From Patescibacteria group bacterium (GTDB taxonomy: Bacteria > Patescibacteriota > Patescibacteriia > UBA9570): 64,000 bases of DNA. Made by a program: the position numbers and the translations under genes. The notes under the pieces were generated by a model. The model was given only the letters and a program-made list of their open reading frames with translations. It made no database searches and was not told where the DNA came from. The stretch covers positions 290,268 through 354,267 of the forward strand of contig JBAZWO010000001.1 of assembly GCA_041660305.1 (NCBI GenBank), written 5' to 3'. Below, one piece after another: positions 54,392 through 62,020 of the stretch; the stretch's first letter is position 1, and the number at the start of each line of letters is the position of its first letter.

Positions 54392-56502
54392 TGCTGACCG
54401 GCCTGCACGGCGTTGGCACGGCTATACAACAAAAACTGCGCCGGTTAGCTATTACTACTTTAACCGATTTGTTATATCACTTTCCGGCTCATTACGAGGA
54501 TTTTTCAAATATCACCGCTATTACTGCTTGCGCAACGGATCAAGCCGTTACCATATTAGGCACAATAAAAAAAATTAGCACACGGCGTAGCTGGAAACGG
54601 CGCCGGTTTACCATTACCGAAGCTACCATTACAGATGCTAGTGGTGACATGAGGGTAATTTGGTTTAATCAAGCATATATTGCCGAACAACTACCGGCCA
54701 ACACTTTGGTTTATTTATCCGGAAAAATAACCCTTTACCAAAAAAAATTAGTGCTTAATAACCCTGTTTATGAACTATACAAAACCGAAACGGTTCATAC
54801 GGCCAGAATTGTACCGCGTTACGCGTTAACTACCGGTTTAACCCATAAACAACTACGCTATTTTATAAAACAAGCCCTACAAATACAAACTACTAATTAC
54901 TCCATTATTAAAGACTGGCTACCAGCTAATATATTAGATCAATATCAATTACTGCCCATTACTCAAGCTCTGCAAGCCATTCATTTTCCAAATAGCTGGG
55001 CAGAATTAGAGCAAGCCAAATATCGTTTAGGGTTTGATGAATTATTATTAGTACTGTTATTTGTACAAGCTACGCGCGCTAGTTTAGCTAAAGAAACGGC
55101 TCCTAGTATCCCGTTTGCCAAAACGCCTACTAAAACATTAGTGGATCGGCTCCCTTTTCAGCTCACGAATGATCAACGCGTAGCTGCTTGGGATATTATT
55201 AAAGACTTACAGCACACTACGCCCATGAACCGCTTACTAGAAGGCGATGTGGGCTCTGGTAAAACCGTAGTGGCCGCGTTGGCTATGTACAACGTAGCCC
55301 TAGCTTGTTATCAAGCCGTGCTTATGGCGCCTACTGAATTATTAGCCGAACAGCATTATCACACGATTAAACAATTATTTAGCCATACTAATATTAACGT
55401 GGGCTTGTGGACGCGTAGTAAAAAGATTGCTGCCTCGTTTCCAAGCGTCCTACCTCACCCCCCAACCCCCTCTCCTCTGAGGAGAGGGGGAGAATTTCTC
55501 CCTTCTCCTTTGAGGAGAAGGGCTGGGGATGAGGTAGGTAGCGGCGAGATTATTATTGGCACCCAAGCTTTGATTCAAAAAAATGTTCATTTTCCAAAAT
55601 TGGCGTTGGTGGTGGTGGATGAACAACACCGTTTTGGTGTTACCCAACGACAACAGCTAAAACAAGTAGCGACGCCCCGCGGGGCGTCTCTACTGACCCC
55701 TCATTTATTATCCATGACCGCTACGCCGATTCCCCGATCACTCGCCTTAACTATTTACGGTGATTTAGATTTATCATTATTAGCCCAGCTCCCAAAAAAC
55801 CGTAAACCTATTATTACTAAATTGTTTTCCACTGAACAACGTTTAGTTTTACAAAAAATTATTACTGAACACTTAGCTAATCAAGCGCAAATTTATGTAG
55901 TAGTACCAAGAATTGAAGAAAAAGATGACGGCGCTCGTTCTGTACAGACTGAGTATAAACACTGGCAAAAATTATTTCCAAATTATCGAATAGCTTATTT
56001 ACACGGCCAATTGCCAACCGAAGAAAAACAAGCGGTTATGGAGCAATTCCGCGCTGGAAAAATTGCGGTGTTAATAACTACCACGGTAATTGAAGTAGGG
56101 GTAGACGTACCTAATGCTACCGTAATGATTATAGAAGGGGCTGAACACTTTGGTCTAGCGCAGCTACATCAATTACGCGGTCGCGTGGGACGCTCACACC
56201 AACAATCCTATTGCTATGTTTGTACTGACGTGGCGTATCCCATAAAACGTTTGCAATATTTTGTAAAAAATCATAATGGGTTTGCCTTAGCAGACTACGA
56301 TTTAAAACTGCGCGGCCCCGGCGCTGTCTACGGCGCCATCCAATCCGGCTACTTCAACCAATTTAAAATAGCTACCTTAAGTAACACCAAACAACTCCAA
56401 CAAGTTAAAGCCGCTGCCGCCACACTTTACCCAAACATTAAACGCTACCCCGCTTTACACGCCAAACTGCAACACATGATAAAGCGGGTGCATTTAGAGT
56501 GA
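54388..56502 (+). CDS. recG: ATP-dependent DNA helicase RecG (carrying two palindromic-element insertions)
   Basis: 704 aa with a wedge domain, motif I GDVGSGKT, DEQHRFGV, TATPIPRSLA and QLRGRVGR. The reading frame is intact across the repeat at 55450-55537. Confidence 0.9.
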   Translation: MMLTGLHGVGTAIQQKLRRLAITTLTDLLYHFPAHYEDFSNITAITACATDQAVTILGTIKKISTRRSWKRRRFTITEATITDASGDMRVIWFNQAYIAEQLPANTLVYLSGKITLYQKKLVLNNPVYELYKTETVHTARIVPRYALTTGLTHKQLRYFIKQALQIQTTNYSIIKDWLPANILDQYQLLPITQALQAIHFPNSWAELEQAKYRLGFDELLLVLLFVQATRASLAKETAPSIPFAKTPTKTLVDRLPFQLTNDQRVAAWDIIKDLQHTTPMNRLLEGDVGSGKTVVAALAMYNVALACYQAVLMAPTELLAEQHYHTIKQLFSHTNINVGLWTRSKKIAASFPSVLPHPPTPSPLRRGGEFLPSPLRRRAGDEVGSGEIIIGTQALIQKNVHFPKLALVVVDEQHRFGVTQRQQLKQVATPRGASLLTPHLLSMTATPIPRSLALTIYGDLDLSLLAQLPKNRKPIITKLFSTEQRLVLQKIITEHLANQAQIYVVVPRIEEKDDGARSVQTEYKHWQKLFPNYRIAYLHGQLPTEEKQAVMEQFRAGKIAVLITTTVIEVGVDVPNATVMIIEGAEHFGLAQLHQLRGRVGRSHQQSYCYVCTDVAYPIKRLQYFVKNHNGFALADYDLKLRGPGAVYGAIQSGYFNQFKIATLSNTKQLQQVKAAAATLYPNIKRYPALHAKLQHMIKRVHLE
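55450..55537. repeat. GC-rich modular palindromic element, locus R11, inside the recG ORF
   Basis: CTACCTCACCCCCC...GGGGATGAGGTAG with hairpins CCCCCTCTCC-TCTGA-GGAGAGGGGG and CCCTTCTCC-TTTGA-GGAGAAGGG. It is translated as LPHPPTPSPLRRGGEFLPSPLRRRAGDEVG. Confidence 0.85.
55666..55693. repeat. GTAGAGAC-family palindrome inside recG
   Basis: GTAGCGACGCCCC|GCGGGGCGTCTCTAC, with one stem mismatch. It encodes VATPRGASLL between helicase motifs II and III. Confidence 0.75.
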
Positions 56503-57876
56503 TCACGTACAATCATCCGCTGAATTAGCTGTATTATAATCAGAACAATATGGTTCTGTATAAAGTTTGTTTTCATCAGGTATGCCACGTGAAAAACCGC
56601 AACCTTGATCGGCATTTTTACAACCTAATTCTTCATATTTATCATATCCATTAGGACATTTATCCACCGTACTATTTGTTGTGCATGTTGCAAAAGTAGT
56701 ATCTCTATTAGCAGAATTTAAACAATAATAATTAGCCGACACTCTTTCAGGCATATCGCTCCTTTTATAAGCCGGATTTAATAGAACACATTTATTCATT
56801 TTATTTGTGGCACCAACATAATTATCGCCACATCGTTGTAAATAATTAAAATGCCACCATTCTCCGGAATCACGAACAAATTTTCCACCAGATAATTGCT
56901 CCATAATTTTTTTCAACATATCCTGATTAGCTTTTAAATCTTCTTTATCAGGATTACCACTTCCTCCCGGACCGCCATTATTATACATAGCCGCTCTATA
57001 GTCTTTAGATGAAAAACCAGCTGAAGGAGCACCTTCTAACCATAAATCCAGAGCTACTCCTGATTCATGTTTACTAGTGCATACAGCGCTGGCTGGATTG
57101 CATGTTCTACAATCAGTAGTACAACAACCAACGCCAGCCGTACAACCTTCGGCTTTTGCCTTAAGATAACAGTCGCGCAGCTTAACTTGACTTTCATGTG
57201 ACCGATAAGCACTACCAACACCAATTTTACAAGTAGGACACAACGCTGCCTGTCCATAACCTGCACCGTTACGCATAGCATCAGTAATTTCTTCTAACCC
57301 ATCAGCGACTGATTTACATGCTTGTAATCCATTACCAATTAATCCTGCCGTATTTGGTATAGTTACAATAGGAGTTGGTACTGGTGTATCACAATAAGCA
57401 TCTTCTGATTTTGGAACAATCTTTAACACCGCTAACTTCATGTTCACAAAATTAGGATTAATCAAATATAAGATACTGTAGGAAAATAAGGCTAAGACTA
57501 AACCAATCACAGCGGAAGTAATGAGTTCTTTGCCTTGAGTAATGCTTTGCTCATTACCAGCGGAAGTTAACCACATTACTCCACCGGCCATAATTAACAC
57601 CGTAGCAATAATGCCTACTAAGCCTAAAGCGTAACGATAAACCAAGTTAATATATTGGCCTAAATTAGTTATGGTAGTTTGGGTACCTAGTGGTTGTTCT
57701 AGGGTGTATGGTTCCACTAAACCACCAATGTATTCTTCATCAACGGATTGCTTTGGATCTGATCCATCTGACGCTAGCACTAAACTAGGCAACAAACAAA
57801 ACCAACATAGCACAATTAATAATAATTTAGTTTGTTTTAAAAATTTATAATAAAAATTACTTACTAATAACAGCAT
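56503..57876 (-). CDS. Fusion: T4SS-pilin-like two-TM N-module plus Cys-rich M15 (VanY-like) peptidoglycan peptidase
   Basis: 457 aa. The N-module (residues 67-153) is shared with the 58624-60057 gene. LAS/M15 motifs present are GSAYRSHESQ, SKHESGVALDL and EWWHFNY. There are more than 25 Cys. Confidence 0.7.
   Translation of the reverse strand: MLLLVSNFYYKFLKQTKLLLIVLCWFCLLPSLVLASDGSDPKQSVDEEYIGGLVEPYTLEQPLGTQTTITNLGQYINLVYRYALGLVGIIATVLIMAGGVMWLTSAGNEQSITQGKELITSAVIGLVLALFSYSILYLINPNFVNMKLAVLKIVPKSEDAYCDTPVPTPIVTIPNTAGLIGNGLQACKSVADGLEEITDAMRNGAGYGQAALCPTCKIGVGSAYRSHESQVKLRDCYLKAKAEGCTAGVGCCTTDCRTCNPASAVCTSKHESGVALDLWLEGAPSAGFSSKDYRAAMYNNGGPGGSGNPDKEDLKANQDMLKKIMEQLSGGKFVRDSGEWWHFNYLQRCGDNYVGATNKMNKCVLLNPAYKRSDMPERVSANYYCLNSANRDTTFATCTTNSTVDKCPNGYDKYEELGCKNADQGCGFSRGIPDENKLYTEPYCSDYNTANSADDCT
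57418..57678. repeat. 261-bp near-identical module, copy A
   Basis: It differs from 59644-59904 at 2 positions by eye (57421 C/T and 57493 T/C). Both differences are synonymous. Confidence 0.9.
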
Positions 57877-58579
57877 CTATGGTTTTAGTTAATTGCTCAA
57901 GAGTTAATGGTTCGCTATACATAGCATCATTTACAAACAACGTATGCCTATTAGTAACACCTAAGGCTTGGCCATTATAATAGGCGTAATTAATCATAGC
58001 TTGATAGCGTTTTTCGTTCACACATGTTTCTAAATCAACACTACTGGCTCCGGCACTAGATAATTTAGTATAATCTAATGCTGTATTCGCTTTAGCTACA
58101 GTAATAATATTTTGTGTACTATTCCAAAACTTATCTTGTTCATCTAAACAATGAATCGCTTGTGTTAAATTCGTAGCTGTATCCGTATAATCTTTCCATA
58201 CGAGCATTAATTGTGAATATTGCTTGATTAAATCATTTGCCCAAGTTAAGTATTGCTGCGTAGTAGCATCATTAATATCACCATAAATAATTAAAAATAC
58301 TTCTGCTTGTACATTGCCTAATTTTGGATCCAAGTCCGAAACAAATACTTTAGTTTTGCGATTGATTTGTTGTTGATTAGTAGGTACTGTGGTAATTAAT
58401 GGATCTGGTAATATAACCTTATTTTTGTTGGTAATTGTGTTTGTACTATTAATCTTATTGCCTAATAATAGAAAATCCCTATTTTTAATAGCTGGTAACA
58501 TAATAATTATCACAAAAAAAGTACACAAAATAATTCCAGCTAAAATTAAAAGAATATAAGGAATGATACGCTTTAACAT
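57857..58579 (-). CDS. Membrane-anchored DsbA-like thioredoxin-fold protein lacking the CxxC active site
   Basis: 240 aa. It has the DsbA-family pattern (AEVFLIIYGD..., QDKFW, GVTNRHTLFVND), but the CxxC position reads NDAT and the cis-Pro loop reads RHT. Confidence 0.45.
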   Translation of the reverse strand: MLKRIIPYILLILAGIILCTFFVIIIMLPAIKNRDFLLLGNKINSTNTITNKNKVILPDPLITTVPTNQQQINRKTKVFVSDLDPKLGNVQAEVFLIIYGDINDATTQQYLTWANDLIKQYSQLMLVWKDYTDTATNLTQAIHCLDEQDKFWNSTQNIITVAKANTALDYTKLSSAGASSVDLETCVNEKRYQAMINYAYYNGQALGVTNRHTLFVNDAMYSEPLTLEQLTKTIDAVISK

Positions 58580-58623
58580 ATAAGTACTATTATAGTATTA
58601 TTCTATATTAAGATCAAACTTTG

Positions 58624-60057
58624 CTACATGGCATCTTTACATTTAGGTTTACTAGTATACAAATTACTAACACCGCCATAATTCTTGACGCTGGAAAAAT
58701 CCCAAAATGGTATATCGTCTGCACTGGGAGTATCATACATACAAGGCCCTGTGTCTTTAAACATTAGAGTAAAATCAGCTACTGTGGGACACACAATATT
58801 AGAACCACCACAAATAGCGTAACTATAAACTGTATCTTTATCAGCGGTACCCATATCAGCCTCATCTGTCTCAGCTTCGCTAGTACAATATCCATTAATA
58901 GCCACTTCTATAGCACCCTCCGCCGTATTTACCGGTCTACATAGTTGATTATCCTGACAAATATCATCACGCATTTTCAAAAATTGATCGCCGCTTAATT
59001 TTGGATTTTCACTATGACAACGCTCCGGATAATCTGCTGGACAATAATAAGAGGCTACTCCAGCACCACAATTAATACTAGATTTCCAGATATTCCAACC
59101 ACAATGATAAGCTCCTAATATAGTTCTTGAATCAGTTGAATTTAATCCTTTACTAAAATCAGCAAATATTTTTACACCAGCACACACGCCTACTTCTGGA
59201 TTCGTAGCCATAAAATTACAAATACTTTGCCAGTCTGTTCCATTAGACTGGTTATAAGCTAAGCCTGCTTTATCGGCGCATACTGCAATAATTTGATTAT
59301 TGTCTGAAATATTTTGTTCTTTTCTGGAATTCCATAAATATCCAGGTAATGTACCCATCAAACCACAGGCATTGGATTTTGGATCGGGATTATGTGCATT
59401 AATACAATAACCACTTTCATGTTTAACAATAGCTTTCATCATAGTTAAACTAAGCCCTGAATTAAACGCCTTCACATATTTAGTAATCCACTTATTTAAG
59501 TCTGTACTACTATAACTAGTTTTCGCACCACTAGGTAATGGTATAGTACTACCTCCTGAACAAGTTTTTAAACCAGTTTTTTCAATTAACGGCTTATCAT
59601 TCACACAAGCATTATCTGGATTAGCTAATTCAGCTGGAACAGGAATTTTTAACACCGCTAACTTCATGTTCACAAAATTAGGATTAATCAAATATAAGAT
59701 ACTGTAGGAAAATAAGGCCAAGACTAAACCAATCACAGCGGAAGTAATGAGTTCTTTGCCTTGAGTAATGCTTTGCTCATTACCAGCGGAAGTTAACCAC
59801 ATTACTCCACCGGCCATAATTAACACCGTAGCAATAATGCCTACTAAGCCTAAAGCGTAACGATAAACCAAGTTAATATATTGGCCTAAATTAGTTATGG
59901 TAGTGATGGAACTAAGGGGTTGTTCTAGGGTATAGTTGATATCAGTAACATATTGATCCTCCGTTTGGTCAGAATCTGCCGCTTGTCCTACAAAACCAAA
60001 ACTAAGCCCAGCTAATATCACAAAAACTATTAAAAACTTACGCAACAAAAACTTCAT
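58624..60057 (-). CDS. Fusion: T4SS-pilin-like two-TM N-module plus Cys-rich lytic transglycosylase (SLT/VirB1-like)
   Basis: 477 aa. SLT motifs present are IVKHESGY (catalytic Glu-Ser) and ACGLMG. The N-module is identical in protein sequence to the paralogue. Confidence 0.7.
   Translation of the reverse strand: MKFLLRKFLIVFVILAGLSFGFVGQAADSDQTEDQYVTDINYTLEQPLSSITTITNLGQYINLVYRYALGLVGIIATVLIMAGGVMWLTSAGNEQSITQGKELITSAVIGLVLALFSYSILYLINPNFVNMKLAVLKIPVPAELANPDNACVNDKPLIEKTGLKTCSGGSTIPLPSGAKTSYSSTDLNKWITKYVKAFNSGLSLTMMKAIVKHESGYCINAHNPDPKSNACGLMGTLPGYLWNSRKEQNISDNNQIIAVCADKAGLAYNQSNGTDWQSICNFMATNPEVGVCAGVKIFADFSKGLNSTDSRTILGAYHCGWNIWKSSINCGAGVASYYCPADYPERCHSENPKLSGDQFLKMRDDICQDNQLCRPVNTAEGAIEVAINGYCTSEAETDEADMGTADKDTVYSYAICGGSNIVCPTVADFTLMFKDTGPCMYDTPSADDIPFWDFSSVKNYGGVSNLYTSKPKCKDAM
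59644..59904. repeat. 261-bp near-identical module, copy B
   Basis: See copy A. The offset is 2226 bp. Confidence 0.9.
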
Positions 60058-60064
60058 GTGGAAC

Positions 60065-61348
60065 TTATTTAAGATTAATTTTCCTTAATTGCTTAGTAAC
60101 AGCTTCTTGATAGTAAAGTGTTTTTTCATTGGCATCCACCAGCACATTATTAATACCGTTCAAACTAGTGCCTTTAACATTATCGGCTGGTATAGCGATT
60201 TTTTCTGTAGTGCCAGCGGCTAAATTAATCCGATAAATTTCGTGCGGTACGGTATCTAGTTTTTCTGGAGCAATGGCTGCGCCAGTTGGTTGTTGGGTAG
60301 GCACGGCACAATACAAGGTTGTGCCGGAACTATTATAAGCACATTTATCCACTGTGGTATTTAAGCCTAGGGTTGTTTTACTTGTTCCCACGGTATCGCC
60401 CTCTACTTTAGCAACACCGAGCGTATAATTATAATTAGTGGCCGTGGAATAAGTGGCATACAGCATAGTATCACCGCTTGGTGACCATTTTGTTTGCAAA
60501 CCACGACCATTTACTACGAAGGCTTTATAGTTTTCACCTTTTAAACCAACTGGAATTACTTTCTGATTAATATTATCCACATATTCTTGAAACGTGCCTA
60601 TCATTTTACCAGATGGAGACCAGTCCACAATTACTTTATCGGCATTATCACCCAATGGCTCAATGCCTTGCACTTGGCTACCGTCTGGATTAGAAACTCC
60701 TAACCAACGATCATTGGTATTGGCCACCATATATTTAAAACCAATTTGCGTATCGTTAGCGGAAAAATCCACCTCTTGAATATCTTTATTTAACGTATAT
60801 TGTTTTTTATTGGTAAAATCATACATTAATTTGTTGCCATCTTCAAATTGTAGCACCGCTTTATTATTATCATTCGACCAAGCCACCTCATTTACCCCTT
60901 TAAACACCTGTTCACTAATAGGAATTACGTTGCCATTAGCATCTACTCGGTAAAATTTACCATCCGCCGCGTTATAAAACGATACTAGCCCGGTATTGTT
61001 CAGTGTTGGAGACTGTGTTTCACCATTATAAACCACCGCGGACAAAGTTTCTTTACCACGCGCTACCGCATCAATAATCGGTAAACCGCCGTTCACATTA
61101 TTAGTATTTATTAAAACTGGATTATTATCTAAGTTTATATCCGGTAATTGCCCGTTACTAACCACCGCCGTGTTATCATTGGTGGTACTGGTTTGAAAAA
61201 TCGGCTTAAAAAATATAAAATAAATCAACCAACCAATAAAAACCGCCCCAATTAATAATACACTAACTAATAAAATCCGTTGTTGTACATAACTTAATTG
61301 TTGATACCAGCGTCTTATTTTATCTAACTGCTGCCTTAACCAAAACAT
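60065..61348 (-). CDS. Membrane-anchored beta-propeller protein (TolB/PD40-like repeats)
   Basis: 427 aa with an N-terminal TM helix and repeated WSPSG/WSNDN blade motifs. Confidence 0.55.
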   Translation of the reverse strand: MFWLRQQLDKIRRWYQQLSYVQQRILLVSVLLIGAVFIGWLIYFIFFKPIFQTSTTNDNTAVVSNGQLPDINLDNNPVLINTNNVNGGLPIIDAVARGKETLSAVVYNGETQSPTLNNTGLVSFYNAADGKFYRVDANGNVIPISEQVFKGVNEVAWSNDNNKAVLQFEDGNKLMYDFTNKKQYTLNKDIQEVDFSANDTQIGFKYMVANTNDRWLGVSNPDGSQVQGIEPLGDNADKVIVDWSPSGKMIGTFQEYVDNINQKVIPVGLKGENYKAFVVNGRGLQTKWSPSGDTMLYATYSTATNYNYTLGVAKVEGDTVGTSKTTLGLNTTVDKCAYNSSGTTLYCAVPTQQPTGAAIAPEKLDTVPHEIYRINLAAGTTEKIAIPADNVKGTSLNGINNVLVDANEKTLYYQEAVTKQLRKINLK

Positions 61349-61354
61349 AGAAAA

Positions 61355-61960
61355 TTATTTATTATTTAACCATTTAAATGTATCCACTTGCCAGGTTTGA
61401 TTGGTTTTCTTTAACTGTAAGCGAGCCGTTTGAGAAAATTGTTTAGTAGCACCAGCTATAGTTTCTACTCTACGCGTGCTTACTTCTACTGTAGCCCCCG
61501 TAGCCGCTTCGTCATAATCCACTAACTCTATATTTACCGCCGTGGTAATAACAGTATAAGCACTATTACTATTAGCTGTATTAGTGGAATTATTAATATT
61601 ATTAGCCACTACGCTTTTCATGTTTTCCGTCATGAACGCTTGCAAACTAATAATATTTTCCTGGCCGGTAGTGGTGGAAAAAGAACCGTACCGCTCGGTA
61701 AAAAAGCGCGCCGTGTTATAAATGCTCGTTTTATTATCTAGCGGTACATTAGTAACTGTATTAGCTGTATTAGTAGTAGTTGTATTGCTATTGTTAACCG
61801 CATTATTCGTAACTGAATTATTAGCGTTAATTACTGCCGGGTTATTATTACTATTAGTATTAGTAGTTGGCTGGCGTTTAATTACCACTAACAACACAAT
61901 AATACCAATTAATAAAATTCCAGCTATTGTACTTAATATAATTAATGTTTTTTTGTTCAT
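61355..61960 (-). CDS. Membrane-anchored protein, Asn/Thr-rich linker plus small C-terminal domain (VirB8-like candidate)
   Basis: 201 aa with a TM helix, a low-complexity N/T stretch and a roughly 120-aa C-terminal domain. Size and topology fit NTF2-like VirB8 proteins. This is a weak call. Confidence 0.35.
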   Translation of the reverse strand: MNKKTLIILSTIAGILLIGIIVLLVVIKRQPTTNTNSNNNPAVINANNSVTNNAVNNSNTTTTNTANTVTNVPLDNKTSIYNTARFFTERYGSFSTTTGQENIISLQAFMTENMKSVVANNINNSTNTANSNSAYTVITTAVNIELVDYDEAATGATVEVSTRRVETIAGATKQFSQTARLQLKKTNQTWQVDTFKWLNNK

Positions 61961-61975
61961 ATTGATTGATTTATT

Positions 61976-62019
61976 TCTCCCCCTCTCCAGAAAGGAGAGG
62001 GGGCTGGGGGGTGAGGTCG
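61976..62019. repeat. GC-rich modular palindromic element, locus R12
   Basis: CCCCCTCTCC-AGAAA-GGAGAGGGGG then CTGGGGGGTGAGGTCG. It lies between the VirB4 stop and the next gene start. Confidence 0.8.
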
Positions 62020-62020
62020 A

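Noticed and set aside
54388-56502. Alternative genetic code (UGA read as an amino acid, as in some CPR lineages)
   Set aside because: recG and ligA end at TGA at the expected protein length. All conserved genes translate full-length with the standard code.
57418-59904. Near-identical repeat pairs (here and at 39065-40336) as template/variable repeats of a diversity-generating retroelement
   Set aside because: No reverse transcriptase is in the window. The few mismatches are not adenine-specific, and in the 261-bp pair they are synonymous.
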